A stretch of 63,488 bases of DNA, counting the filler, from Octopus bimaculoides (taxonomy: Eukaryota), in assembly GCF_001194135.2 (NCBI RefSeq). It is 6 parts of 6 records of this genome, joined end to end, with 100 filler letters (N's around TTAATTAATTAA, not from the genome) between each part and the next. Parts side by side here need not be neighbours in the genome. Positions count along the whole stretch, not along the records: positions 1 to 3,704 come from NW_026395682.1; positions 3,805 to 7,200 come from NC_068981.1; positions 7,301 to 35,413 come from NC_068986.1; 3 more parts are not named here. One strand, written 5' to 3'. This document shows positions 1 to 13,653 of this stretch, one piece after another. Made by a program: the position numbers and the translations under genes. The notes under the pieces were generated by a model. The model saw only the letters and a list, made by a program, of their open reading frames with translations. It made no database searches and was not told the origin of the DNA. Position 1 is the stretch's first letter; each line of letters opens with the position of its first letter.

Positions 1-195
1 AATTGTTTCCATTAAAATTAAGTTTATGTTTAGGTAATTTATTATTATAAAACCAATTATTCTTATTATTCTTATTATTACCTACGAAGACATTATCATG
101 ATTATAAAAGTTATATTTATTAAAAAGGTCATTATTATTATAATTATTATTACTACAATTATAAAAATATTTCGGATTATTAAAAAAAAGTATAC

Positions 196-1027
196 TGGGT
201 CCAGTATACTTTAACATGGTCCATCTTGGACTCAGGAATTCCATACCAAGGCCAGCGCTCTAATTGCAAACTTTGCTTGAAGGAGGCGTTCCATATTTTA
301 AAATACAATTCTCCTACGCTACTTAATAGGTATAACGAAGCATTTAGCGCCTGCAATCACCGCTTCTTCCATACATTCAAATTCCATCACAAACACAAAT
401 GACCACACAACGTACACCCACAATCCCCATAGGTAACCCCAACCAACTTGATTCACGCTTGTAATTAATACGTATAAGTATATATGTTCCTTTATTAGTT
501 AGCTCTTAGGTTCCCCCAACATCTTCCTTCAAATAAACTCACCTCTATTTATAGAATATTAACACTACTACATTTCTTTCTTATACATTTTCTTCTTTTC
601 ATTACTATTTTTCGAACCCCATCAACACCATCACCCCCTACCGGTTCCTTTCTATCCTGACATTGCACACTACTGTAACTGCCTCCCATTCCCACTCCAC
701 TTTATCTATTCACACTCCCTTCCTCCACCGATCCATTTATTTTTTTCTCTTGCCTTCTCTCCTGTCCATATATCTGACCTCACAATCACTTACACATCTT
801 CCTCTTTCATCTATTTATAGCCTACTGCTTGCACTACTACCTTCATTTATCCCTTAACTACTTCCTTCCTGTCTTTTGGCTTGATCTCACAGTCCCACAC
901 ATATCTTCCACTCACTTCGGGCTGTTTTTTAAGTAAATAACGCACAGAGTAAACTGGATACAAAATGAGGTATATCTACCAATATAACTACAATTATCAC
1001 TGGAAAATACCCACACGGATTCTATAC
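196..1027 (+). mobile_element. Penelope-like element, 3' part: C-terminal end of GIY-YIG endonuclease plus CT-rich 3' region
   Basis: 196-402 reads WVQYTLTWSILDSGIPYQGQRSNCKLCLKEAFHILKYNSPTLLNRYNEAFSACNHRFFHTFKFHHKHK*, i.e. the W.I...PY...CxLCLxE...LLN...E...CxH tail of Penelope-like endonucleases. A homologous copy lies on the minus strand at 31433-32395. Confidence 0.8.
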
Positions 1028-1127
1028 NNNNNNNNNNNNNNNNNNNNNNNNNNNNNNNNNNNNNNNNNNNNNNNNNNNNNNNNNNNNNNNNNNNNNNNNN
1101 NNNNNNNNNNNNNNNNNNNNNNNNNNN

Positions 1128-2261
1128 GCTCACCAATGACCACATATAAGAAGTACAACATAGACCACAAAACCAAAATACTAAAGGGAAGTCAAAATTT
1201 TTATACATAAGAATAAAAATCGATTAAAAATACAATAGAATAATACAAATAAATAAATAAACTGCAATTAAAAATATTAGAGACCGGTACAAATCCAGTA
1301 GAATAAGAATATATATACATATATATATAGAAAAAATATAGAGAAAAAAATATAATACATAGCGAAACGTAGCCCAACAGTTCATTCGCTGAGGCCAATA
1401 GCCAACAAAAATAGTTAAAGACAAACAGTACGAAAGTTCAATTACCTTCCTCATGACAGCAAATTTAGTAGGTAAGATCCAATTTCATAAACAGGAATAC
1501 CGAAGCACACGGGACAAGACAACAACAGAACATCCAAAGTGTGGCAAAGTAAAATCCGAGTTTCACCATTCCGCAGGTAACATCAGTAAAGTCAAACTAT
1601 AAACATCATTTACAGTGGATTACGAGTATAGGTGGAACACCAATACAGAACACCTATGGCCATTTCAGGGGTATGTCACCATATTTAGGGCACAATAGAG
1701 TACAGATTTGTGATAACCCCTTCTTCAGGGTAAAAAAAGACACACAGACATCAACGAAGTCACCAGTCAAAAAAATTATAATTATAAGAGCAAGCTTAAA
1801 TAATTAATAATATGGACTAGACCAAAAAGGAAAAAAAAGAATTCTAATTTTTAGTATACCCTTTAGAATAGTCAGGCATGTTTGGTAACTAAAAACTATT
1901 AGGTTTCAAATCCAACGTAATCCATGATGAAAAATAAATAAAAAATAAATACTACCATTGTATCCATATTATTATTATTATTTTTATATCAATATTTTTG
2001 TCTTTTTATTTTAATTTTAATTTTTATTTCTATTGGTCTCTAATATTTTAAATCAACTTCTTAATCGCAGTTTATTTATTTATTATATTATTCTATCGCA
2101 GTTTATTTATTTATTTATATTATTCTATTTATTTATTTATCTATATTATTCTATTGTATTTTTAATCGATTTTTATTCTTATGTATAAAAATTTTGACTT
2201 CCCTTTACTAATTTAGTTTTGTGGTCTATGTTGTACTTCTTATATGTGGTCATTGGTGGGC
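1128..2261. repeat. Inverted repeat pair (about 1128-1290 vs 2033-2261) around a ~750 bp non-coding core
   Basis: caccaatgaccacatataagaagtacaacatagaccacaaaac...gtcaaaatttttatacataagaataaaaatcgattaaaaatacaatag is reverse-complemented at 2150-2261. The right arm has local tandem duplications. Confidence 0.85.
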
Positions 2262-2699
2262 TACGGCTTTTCGAGTCGATGACCTAACGGTTTTATTCTG
2301 CAATTAACTTTGTACCTATGTCTCAACTAGTTTGAGCACTTCTTTTACAGCCTTGTATAAATTCTTGGTTTTCTAATACAAAACTGTTAATATTGAATAA
2401 TTATATATATATATATATATAAACAATATATGAGTATATGCATATATATGTACATGTATGTATATACGTTCATCCACATGTACATATAGATACATAACTG
2501 GGTACATGACGTGGCAAAAAGAACAAGGACAAAAATGGTAAACAAGGTGCAACAAACAAGCAGGCCACATAGAAACATCCCCTTCATCAGCTGCCACCAT
2601 TAAAACTCCGGCGTTTCGAAGAATTAAGGCAGTACGCACATATACTTGCATATACATATACATGCATATACATATACATTCATATACATATGCATGCAT

Positions 2700-2738
<39 letters not shown>

Positions 2739-3079
2739 NNNNNNNNNNGTATATATATGTGTGTGTATGTATATATGTATGTATGTATATCTGTATATAT
2801 GAAGACTACACGAGCTTTTGGTAAGTTAAACTATGTTTGCGGCACGTTTTAACTCCTAAAGGCAAATTCACTGCAGTTTTGGTGGAGGAAATAAAATCTG
2901 ACCGATGGTAAAAGGAGACTCACCCTGTCCGGCATCCGTCGCCTCCTCCGGCGCCGTCCATTTCCGGAGCCGATCGATTCGGTAGCAGGTAAGTTCTCAG
3001 ACACTCCTGGCCGGATTCCAACTTCCGTGGCCATCATCCTGCTGTCTACATCATCTAGATTAAGGCCTGGAGATTACAG

Positions 3080-3388
3080 TTCGCTCATATTAGTCCCCAT
3101 CAGCTTCCAGCACCTGGAACTTCGTTCATGGGGCCCTCACTGTGACCTTGAGAAGATCTTCGATCACCTTGGGGCTGCAAGTAGAGCGGTTAGTGTCTTT
3201 GTCAACCGCACCCCACACATAGTAATCCAAGTAACTGGAATCGGAAAAATTAAGGGACCATAATTTGGAGCCCATGAGAGCGTAGAAATTCTCGACCAGC
3301 ACTTCTGGCTCTTTCTCGAGTTATGACAAGGACGCAAATCCTGCTGCCACACATATGGTCTTCCAACAGCAACTCTCTCCAGCTTCAC
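3080..3388 (-). mobile_element. Tc1/mariner DD37D (maT-like) transposase fragment, pseudogenised
   Basis: Reads RPYVWQQD-LRPCHNSRKSQK(fs)WLVENFYALMGSKLWSLNFSDSSYL-DYYVWGAVDKD...LEADGD. With one frameshift restored there are 37 residues between the 2nd and 3rd catalytic D. Related to 61989-63330. Confidence 0.85.
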
Positions 3389-3668
3389 ATATACACATAC
3401 ACATATACATATATATTATGGGAGCAACTGCTTTCGAAGACTTATATTGACTTATATATATTGATGTTCAATGTTCAAAATGAGGAGTGGATGATCAGCC
3501 GACAACTGATGAAGGGTCGTTCTTTGTGTTACTTCTGTTTTACGTCTGTTTCTCACGTTGTTTGCGTATTGAACTCATTTGCTTTCGTATTTCATGTTGT
3601 TTACTGTCGGTGACGTCCTGTACCCATGTGTGCATGTGTATATATATTTATGCATATATATATATTTA

Positions 3669-3704
<36 letters not shown>

Positions 3705-3804
3705 NNNNNNNNNNNNNNNNNNNNNNNNNNNNNNNNNNNNNNNNNNNNTTAATTAATTAANNNNNNNNNNNNNNNNNNNNNNNNNNNNNNNNNNNNNNNN
3801 NNNN

Positions 3805-3859
<55 letters not shown>

Positions 3860-4004
3860 ATATGTATGTATGCATGTATGTATGTATGTATGTATGTATG
3901 TATGTCTGCTTGTGTGCGTGTGTATGTCATTGTGTTTGTATTTGTCGCTTTACAACTGGTATCAGTTTGCTTAGAGGTTTCGCAAAAGACACCAAAAGAA
4001 AAGG

Positions 4005-4090
4005 TATCAGACTTTAAAAAAGACACTAGGGTCGAGTTGTTTGATTAAAACCTTCAAGGCAGTGCCCCAGCATGACTGCAGTCCAGTGAC
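4005..4090 (+). mobile_element. SINE 3' fragment (family B tail)
   Basis: ttcaaggcagtgccccagcatgactgcagtccagtgactgaaacacgtaaaaga matches the tails at 39600-39680 and 42015-42079. Confidence 0.65.
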
Positions 4091-5030
4091 TGAAACACGT
4101 AAAAGAGACGAATTTAAATAATTACTCTAAATGAATTATTTTTCAAATCACTTATTATTTCTTTTTCCGACACAGAATATTGGATAAAATACTTCGCGGT
4201 ATTTGTTCCTGATATCCCTGCACTCATCGAGGTCAACTTTCTCTTTCATCCTTTTCGGAAGTTGATAAAGAAAAATGTAGCAATTGAAGACGGTGAATTG
4301 TCAGAAATGTTCGACAGTCGGGAAGATACCTTGTAGTATCTATTCCTGTTCTTTTATATATTCTAACAGCGAAGCAGATAAACATTGATGGCATGTAGAG
4401 GGACGACCTGTATGTTTAGTCAACTGCTAGTCTTTCTCAAGGCCTGCAAATAAACAACTGAGAATCCCTTATCCGAAATTCCTGAGATCGAAAATATTAC
4501 AGATTTCGGGTTTTATCCGGATTTCGAAGTGTTTATATATTTGCATCAATAAAATGGGACAGCTTGGGGCATGGGACCCAAGTTTAAACGCAATATCCAT
4601 TTACATTTCATTATATAGCTTATACATATACCCCGGGTGTAGTTTTATATAAATTTTTAATACTTTTTTTATACATAATAACATCAGAAAGGTAATATAT
4701 CAGTCATTTTAATAAAGATTCCAAAACTGCTAGAGAAAAGTGAAGAGAAAACCTTGAATCAAGAGTTATTCTCAAAACGGAATCCCAGTTCGAAAGCTTG
4801 CAACAGATCAGACAAGGACCACCCCCACCCAAAATTAACTACAGTCAAACGAATTTTCCGCACATTTTCCGTCCGCCATTCTTCTTTATTCAAAAGGTTC
4901 GGGTCGACTCGAATGTATGGTGAAATATACGTGATCGAGGTATCATGCCGGAGTATTTAAACTGCAGCCACGTAATAACGAAGTAAACTTCATACATACA
5001 TAGCCGTGTGTGCATGTGAGTATGTAGTGA

Positions 5031-5081
<51 letters not shown>

Positions 5082-5092
5082 GAATGCATACA

Positions 5093-5319
5093 TGGCGACG
5101 AACTGGCAGAAACGTTAGCACGCTGGACGAAATGCTTAGCGGTATTTCGTCTGCTGCTACGTTCTGAGTTCAAATTCCGCCGAGGTCGACTTAGCCTTTC
5201 ATCCATTCGGGGTCGATTAAATAAGTACCAGTTACGCACTGAGGTCGATGTAATCGACTTAATCCGTTTGTCCCCTCTATGTTTAGCCCTTTGTGGGCAA
5301 TAAAGAAATAAGAATAAGA
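5093..5319 (+). mobile_element. tRNA-derived SINE, family A
   Basis: A-box-like tggcagaaacgttag, B-box-like gagttcaaatt, central gaggtcgacttagcctttcatccattcggggtcgattaaataagtaccag, and an (aataag) tail. Copies at 32625, 38528 and 42818. Confidence 0.85.
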
Positions 5320-5648
5320 ATGCATGCCTGGACTCTACAGAAGAAATCTTCATGATTCAAAAGCAAGAGCAGGCGTTTGCAGCATCGCATTGTAAAGTAC
5401 AGAGAGCAAGATGAGGTGAGACATCTGGGCCACTCACTGCATCCGTCTCCATCCCCAGCCGTCTTGATGTGGTCTTCATTGGAGACGGTTACAGGTGACA
5501 GATGAGGGAGTGAAGTTGACGGTAAACAGCTCTTGGTCACTTTTAAACAAAGTCACTGCACAAATCATTGACCATTCCCTGAGGATGACTAGATGGTCCT
5601 CGTTGCCCGACGGACGAACATGGTAATATAACGAGTGTGTGTGTGCGT

Positions 5649-5687
<39 letters not shown>

Positions 5688-6034
5688 TGTGCGCGCGCGC
5701 GTGTATGTGTTGTGTAAGTAGTGAATGAGTGTGGATACGTTACATGCGTGCGTGGAAGGACGTGTGTGTGTGTGTATGAATATAGCTATAATTTATATGA
5801 CACACAGAATATGCTTGAAAAATTAGATAGAGTGGTTCAAGCAGTGTAAATAGAATGTACATTAGGCCGAGGAATTCCGCTAAAAAGAGATTAAGTCAGA
5901 AAAGTTGAAGTAATATGAAATATTGTTTTAAGAATAAAGGTAAACGAAAGGTTAGGTCGAAGATAAATAAGCCAAGTTACTCTGATAAAGCTGAATAGCC
6001 AACTTCGTAAATGTGTGAGTGTGTGCGTGTACAT

Positions 6035-6091
<57 letters not shown>

Positions 6092-6409
6092 CATATATAT
6101 ATACATACATATACATATTTATATACATACATTATATATATATTTACATATATACATATGAATATATACATATATATATATACATATATATATACATATA
6201 TATACATATATACATATATGTGTGTATATATATATACATATATATATATATACATACATACATACACACATAGATTTTTTTTATTAGACAGCGGCCATAG
6301 TGAGATATCGCTTGAAGAATTTTAGTCGAACGAATTGATCTCTTTGCGAGAATAGATTTGTTCGGCTGGGTCACCGTAATCATCTCCCTTTCATTCAGCC
6401 TTCTAGCTC

Positions 6410-6975
6410 TCAGGTCATCCCATAAGTTCTGTCCGAATTTTGAATAAAGAAAACAAGTGATCAAATGTTATATTTAATTGAAATTTAATCATTAATGTAC
6501 TTTCCCTGGTTATCTATGACTCCCTTCCATCTATTTACAAGCTTTTTAATCCCATCAATGTAAAACTCATTTGGTTTCAAAGCGAAGAACTCTGAAATGT
6601 CAGTTTCGACCTCCTCCTGGCTTGCGAAAGTTATGTCCCCGCAAATGATTCTGTAGACTACAAAATAAATGGTAGTCTGAAGGAGCAAGATCGGGAGAAT
6701 CAGGTGGATGAGGAATTTTTTCCCAACCAAGCTCTTCGATTTTCTATGATGTGATCTTTGCAATGTGGGGTCGCGCATTGTTCTGATGAAACATCACTCC
6801 TTTTTGATTCACTAAAGCGGGTCTTTTTTCTTCAAAGCTTGGTTCAAACGCTCTAATTGCTGACAGCAGACTTGAGCATTGATTGTTACATTATGTGGTA
6901 ACAGTTCAAAGTGACCAGATAGAGAGAAGAACCTTTTTTCCATGAAGTTCCCTTTTCGGTTGTGGTGATGGTGGG
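6410..6975 (-). mobile_element. mariner DD34D transposase, C-terminal half with 3' TIR, pseudogenised
   Basis: Reads PKRELHGKKVLLSIW..FELLPHNVTINAQ...RPALVNQKGVMFHQNNARPHIAKITS*KIEELGWEKIPHPPDSPDLAPSDYHLF...FFALKPNEFYIDGIKKLVNRWKGVIDNQGKYIND*, with 34-residue spacing. TIR-like caggtcatcccataagttctgtccg at ~6411. Confidence 0.92.
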
Positions 6976-7300
6976 GTGTTGACAGAGGAACTGGTGGAGG
7001 ACGAGTATGACGGTGGCGGTTGTGGTAGCTGTTGTGGTTCTGGTGGGAGAGTTAGTGGTACAAGTGGTGGTGTGATTGTAATGGTGGTGGTGGTTCTAAT
7101 GGTAGTGGTTGAGGTGGCCGCGGCGGTGGTTGTTGTTGTTAGTGTGATGGTGGTACTGATACTAGAGCTGGTATAAGTGGTGGTGGTGGTGGTGGTGGTG
7201 NNNNNNNNNNNNNNNNNNNNNNNNNNNNNNNNNNNNNNNNNNNNTTAATTAATTAANNNNNNNNNNNNNNNNNNNNNNNNNNNNNNNNNNNNNNNNNNNN

Positions 7301-7334
<34 letters not shown>

Positions 7335-7345
7335 CATACAAGCAT

Positions 7346-7394
<49 letters not shown>

Positions 7395-8979
7395 TGGAGA
7401 ATTGGAGAGATGGAAAGACTGAGCGTGAGAGAGATGTATATATAGAAGAGAAAGTGGCACACTTTTTTTAAGTCGAGACAACGTTTCTCTACACAAGGCA
7501 AATATGATAAATGTTATAATAAACTGTAAACCATTCAATCATTGACTGAAAAGTGAAAACATGCCCTGCCCCTCAAATCATCGAGGAGCATGTTTTGATG
7601 TGAGTTCTTTGGCATAATTCAGCACTGAATTTTAAAACCGCTGCCCACGTGCAGATAATCCCTTTCTCAAAAATCATACACTAAATCACAACCCAACAGT
7701 TTCAGCTATGTTACCAGCAAAATATCAGATATTGTTTCTCTGTGTAAACCTTGTCGTATTCTGGGTATTTCGAGCCGACCAGGCGGCGACCTTCGGTATA
7801 AAGTAAGAGATATTGCTTGATTTCGCTTACGTAATAGCATGATCTGACTTTGTTTTACCTCCGCAAACACCAATATTTCCAATGGTCTTCCTATCTTGAG
7901 ACGTTGTTTATGATGTTGTTCACCTGACTTCCATTCCAGTTTTCTTCCATGTTTGTTTATAAGGCCCCCAAGAAGCCTATATACTGCTTACATGAGATAA
8001 GTCAGGTTGCCTCGTCTTTATTTTAAGAACAAAAGGAACCAGGATATAATGCACTCTTCCATGTTGTTGTTTTTTTTTTTTTCTATGTAACAATGTCACT
8101 TTATTTCATAACATACTGAGGTCATTTCTTTTTTCCCCAGCAGATGCATGAACATTACAAGTTTTCCCTTAGTATCAACACAGTTTGTTACCAGCGGATT
8201 TATCTTCTCTCTGCTTACGATGTTGTGATTTATAAGGTTTTCTCATCATTGAAATGAAACATTGTAAGTCTGTTCATTACATATCTTCTGATGAAGTGTA
8301 CTTTCTAAAGTCTGTATTATTTCTTCCAATCGAGTTTGCTTTCGTGTCAAGTTTTAAACTCCGATTCTCCATTTCAAAATAGGCTGAATGCGAGCCTCTG
8401 AACAATCATCACCGTTGAGGTTCCCAAGTATTTTCTTGTCTTTCTGAAATGACCGTAGATGGGTTTATATATACAATGTAATTTATATAAAGAAATCATT
8501 AAAAACATATATAGAGAAGAATATACCTCATGCATTTATTTCTCTAGAATAAAACATAGGACTACGTGCAATATCGTTCTATATATACAATTTGTTCTTG
8601 CATAAAGTTTGATTATTATAAGTGAGGATATAATCAAAGAAACAAGCCTAAATATACATAATGTGTTATGCATTTATGAAAAGCAATAATACTAAACAAA
8701 CGAACATGGAAAAAATTGTTGAAATTAATTGAAACAATATGTAAAAGCACTGAATAACCAATAAATATAAATGGACATTTTCAAATATGAAATTAAATTT
8801 AAGTATATTCAAATATCCTCATCGTATACATGTGTGTGTGGAGGTGTACGTGTATATATGCATAGCCATATGCATACGAGTGTTGGTGTTTGTATAAGTA
8901 ATCACATGCAATTTTACACAGTACGTATATTCATATATACAGCTTCATGAGTGTTAATTAACAACGAAATTATGTAACC

Positions 8980-9420
8980 CTGTGCTCTTCATCAATTTAT
9001 GTTTCTCGGAGGCAAAGGGCTTCTGGCTTGTTGCACGTCTTAAGAGTTTTTTTTGGAAATCTGTGTACGATATAGAGGTTGGTATTCTTGTAAGGTCGGA
9101 GTGTGTCTAATAGTACTATATCTGTAATGTCTTCGGGGGCGTTGGTTGGCGGATTAATCTAATGCTGCATATGCGTCTATGTGTTGGTTTTGCATCATTT
9201 AGTTTTGCTTTGATTAAATACATTGGAGTATCTGTGTATGTATAGAATGTGCGTATGGGTACTATATGCATGTGGATCTATATGAGGGTGAATGTGGTGG
9301 TGTTGGATGAATGTCCACCCATGTTAGAACGCATATGTCCTTGTGTGAGTTCGTTTGTGTATGTTTTGGTTAGTCTTCGTCGGCTTCCCAGGTATTGGTG
9401 GTAGATATGCTAAAAAAGGT
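8980..9420 (-). mobile_element. Highly decayed Penelope-like GIY-YIG region
   Basis: Minus-strand frames give MGGHSSNTTTFTLI*IHMHIVPIRTFYT...THRRICSIRL and VLLDTLRP, loosely echoing C..TNLIYCI.C..C..YIG, EH.RSI and L.TL.P. Weak match. Confidence 0.35.
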
Positions 9421-11291
9421 AACATAATCTTTATTTTGCTATCACTCAGGTTGTATTTTCGGGTGGTAAAAGTTCTATTCTTTCCTTGCGACTCTTAATA
9501 AGAGGAAAGTTTAAATATTTATTACGAGCATTCGAGATGCAAAACTTAAGCGTTCTTTCGTTAAATCATTACCGATAGTATTCATGCTAAATCCAATAAT
9601 ATACGATGTATGACTTAAACTGAAGTGACACTAGTTTTCGATGATCACTGTGAGATATTGATTAATTTCTAGAATAATTTTAATTTCTATAAAATTAACG
9701 TAAGTTATGGTAATATTTTCGGTACATACAGTACGCTGACACGCAATATACTCAAGTAATTATCATTGATTTGGTGGTATTACTATTCGCTATTTAAATC
9801 AGTTGTCGATGTCATGTATTATTTTATCAAGTTTTGACTTAATTTAGCAAGTCTGCAAAACAAAATTCGTTCTTCTCTTCAAATGTATGTTACTGAAAAT
9901 TCTATTACAATCTAACTCTATTGCCAGTATTACGCTTCTATACTTCCATCAATTCGGAATCGATAAAAGAAAAAAGCTACCAGGTGAACTCCCCACTCAA
10001 ACCTGGTGACTTTGGCCCAAAATTTGAATTTAATATTACGGCTCTGTATAGCACTATATTTAAGTGTTTCGACATGTGTGTATGTGTGTTTGGATCTATG
10101 TATATGTGCGTGAGTGTTTATATTCTCAGTATTCATACTAGTAATAAGAGATGTTAACCCAAGAGAGACCACCTATGCACTCACGCTTTAACATTTCCGC
10201 AGGGTATACATATATTAACAGTTCCAACGAGACAGAGCAGGAAAAGAATTCAAGAGACGAAGGCCTGGGTTTTAACAATCACAGCAATAGAGAGCGATGT
10301 AGAAGATAAATTGATCGTATTCAATGTCATACAATTCGATAATTATTGTTTAATTTATATTTAGAATATGTCCATTCTAATTAAACTAATATACAAGTGT
10401 CATTTAATGTATCCTCAAAACTCAATTGTTGGTGCGTTGGAACTGTATATCTTATCTTCCACTATAATTATTCCATTGTGTAGCAAGTATTTCTAGATTA
10501 TCACAAAATGTTTGAGCAAAGTCCGCGGGGTATTCAAAATATGGTAATTTTTGTCTGTTTAAATAGAATATTGATAATTAGCTGTGTACGAAACAACACA
10601 AAATCGCACCAGATTATAGAGTTTAAAGCATGTATATATTAATGCAGCGTCTACTGATAAATATTTCAACAGATATCCTTTATATCAAGACATTTCATAC
10701 AATTGAGAAGATAACACCTGGTCCTTCCAATAGATCACATTGCTGACATAACATTAAACTATCTTCACTGTATTTACAGCACTCTGGATTTAAGTAGGAA
10801 AAGAGATTCTGCAAAATCAGTCTAATTTCCATGTATTGATTATGAAATAGATAATATCACCATTCACTTAATATCTTTCCAATACGCCACCAATACATAA
10901 AACTCGGTTTTCGTCTATTTAATTATGTACATTATATGGGAATATTTCAACCGTATACAGAAGCTGTTGATGCTTGATGGAATGCGAATTACTTATATTC
11001 CAAATAATATATTGTAATTGCACCGATTGTTTTACTAATGACAATTATCGATTTATACACGAAATACATATTCCATCAGAAATGCACCTAATTTATGACA
11101 AAACGACCAGAACACTTAGCCTTGGGTTAACATCTCTTAGCATGTAAACTTATACACTACTTAGAGTTAAATGCTGAGATAAATGTTGATACACAAACAA
11201 AAGAGGCATTCCAGAATGAATAGCAATTCTGTTTACGTAAAAGGGTAGGTATTATGCATATATATACCAGAGTAAGCACATACATGCGAAA

Positions 11292-11351
11292 CAAGGTGGA
11301 AAAAATTGGACTCGAATGCCAGAGGTAGAGTAATATGCTTTATTAATAAAG
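11292..11351 (+). repeat. Fragment of the Penelope terminal-repeat family seen at 52948-53133
   Basis: caaggtggaaaaa...ccagaggtagagtaatatgctttatt is shared with 52948-53003. Confidence 0.7.
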
Positions 11352-11370
11352 TACACACACATACACATAC

Positions 11371-11445
<75 letters not shown>

Positions 11446-11575
11446 NNNNNNNNNNNNNNNNNNNNNNNNNNNNNNNNNNNNNNNNNNNNNNNNNNNNNNN
11501 NNNNNNNNNNNNNNNNNNNNNNNNNNNNNNNNNNNNNNNNNNNNNNNNNNNNNNNNNNNNNNNNNNNNNNNNNNN

Positions 11576-11610
<35 letters not shown>

Positions 11611-12327
11611 GCGGGTATATTTTCCTTTGTGTACCAATGTACGTATATGATCCCAAGAATGCTAGACAACACGCAAACTCCACTTGCTTTTCGGCAGGTT
11701 TTGTTGAAAACTATTGGTTCTTTTTGTCTCGATCTCCTTAGAAACAGCAGGAGAAAACATGTTATGTACTAAAGCAGTGTAGTTGCAAATTTCATTGTTT
11801 CTCCTTATTTCTTCGTTTAGCTTAATGGATCTTAAGCGAAAGTGCTTTGCAAAAGAAGATAATCCTTCAGTTTTATTGCTGGTAGTTTTGAATTATGCAT
11901 TGCTAAGATGTGTGTACTTAAAAATTGACAGAGATATTACTTAAGTTTCTTCACAAACTAGAAATATCTTCTTTACTGTGAAATTTCATTTTGTTTCCAG
12001 AAGTATATATTACGATAAAAAAAAGAAGGATGACTGTATGATATTCCACGTTGAATATATTACCATAAATATGTAAGATATATATTTACGCTTACACGTG
12101 AGCACGCGCTTGTATGTGTGTTTTAGTTGTTAACCCAGAAGCATAGATGTAAGCATATTAAAACTGACATTTAACTTGAACATCTTGAACACTATCAGAC
12201 AATGTCATACTTGGGTATGTATCTCAAGTCTGAGCCGATTGCTACGTACAACACATAGCTTAATACATTCTGAGTTTACAGTCATCGGAAACAATGCGAA
12301 ACCACTATTCTAAGTAATTTCTACATA

Positions 12328-12490
12328 GGCACAGGAGTGGCTGCATGGTAAGTTGCTTGCTTACCAATCGCATGTTTCTGGGTTCAGGTCCACTGCGGGA
12401 CACCTTCGGCAAGTGTCTTCTACTATACCCTCGGGTCGATTAAAGCCTTGTGAGTGGATTCGGTAAACGGAAACTGAAAGAAGCCCGTTG
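12328..12490 (+). mobile_element. tRNA-derived SINE, family B, 5' part
   Basis: ggcacaggagtggctgcatggtaag...gggttcaggtccactgcg...ggcaagtgtcttctactata...ggaaactgaaagaagcccg is shared with 16248, 36910, 53146 and 55926. Confidence 0.85.
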
Positions 12491-12508
12491 TATATGCATA
12501 TATATCTG

Positions 12509-12541
<33 letters not shown>

Positions 12542-13536
12542 NNNNNNNNNNNNNNNNNNNNNNNNNNNNNNNNNNNNNNNNNNNNNNNNNNNNNNNNNNN
12601 NNNNNNNNNNNNNNNNNNNNNNNNNNNNNNNNNNNNNNNNNNNNNNNNNNNNNNNNNNNNNNNNNNNNNNNNNNNNNNNNNNNNNNNNNNNNNNNNNNNN
12701 NNNNNNNNNNNNNNNNNNNNNNNNNNNNNNNNNNNNNNNNNNNNNNNNNNNNNNNNNNNNNNNNNNNNNNNNNNNNNNNNNNNNNNNNNNNNNNNNNNNN
12801 NNNNNNNNNNNNNNNNNNNNNNNNNNNNNNNNNNNNNNNNNNNNNNNNNNNNNNNNNNNNNNNNNNNNNNNNNNNNNNNNNNNNNNNNNNNNNNNNNNNN
12901 NNNNNNNNNNNNNNNNNNNNNNNNNNNNNNNNNNNNNNNNNNNNNNNNNNNNNNNNNNNNNNNNNNNNNNNNNNNNNNNNNNNNNNNNNNNNNNNNNNNN
13001 NNNNNNNNNNNNNNNNNNNNNNNNNNNNNNNNNNNNNNNNNNNNNNNNNNNNNNNNNNNNNNNNNNNNNNNNNTATATATATACATAATAATATAAGGCA
13101 AGTGCATATATGTGCGCGCGCACGAACACACACGCACGTTTCCTTTTTTATTTTCCTTTCATCATTTTCAACATTGTCCATCTGCTATAGATGTTACTTG
13201 CTAAATAAGAATAATAATATACAGTTAATTCATCAAACCCATCAAATCTAAATTCCGATATAGTCAAACATGTCCTTATGGAAAAGCCAGCCACAAAAGT
13301 ATATTTCAGTTGGTGACCCTCTATGCTTCATATATACATATGGTGTGTTTGTGTGTGTGCGTGTGCGTGTGTGTGCCTCTGTGTGTGCGTGTGTTTGCGT
13401 CTGTATCTGTGCACATATCTGTATGCATACATATGCATGTATGTATGTATGTTTACACATATATCTTAGAAGCGCTTGCGTACATTGTTATATATAATCT
13501 GCGTGAGCGCATTATGTTAAATATATATATATATAT

Positions 13537-13585
<49 letters not shown>

Positions 13586-13606
13586 CAGATAGATATATAG
13601 ATAGAC

Positions 13607-13653
<47 letters not shown>

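Noticed and set aside
2500-2640. CTGATGAAGGG motifs at ~2585 (minus) and ~3506 (plus) as hammerheads
   Set aside because: No downstream GAAA or helix partner in either copy. At most these are decayed Penelope-end remnants.
3749-3760. TTAATTAATTAA between N runs, repeated at 7245, 35458, 51587 and 61907
   Set aside because: At each site it is 44 N + 12 bp + 44 N = 100 bp, a six-frame-stop scaffolding spacer and not biological. Order and distance across these joins are uncertain.
5330-5620. GC-richer stretch with AWTL and RHLGH words suggestive of an RTE C-terminus
   Set aside because: Motif spacing and context do not fit convincingly; left unassigned.
7780-8450. Possible LINE RT remnant on the minus strand (KYLG near 8430)
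   Set aside because: Only one short motif amid many stops; too decayed to call without a profile search.
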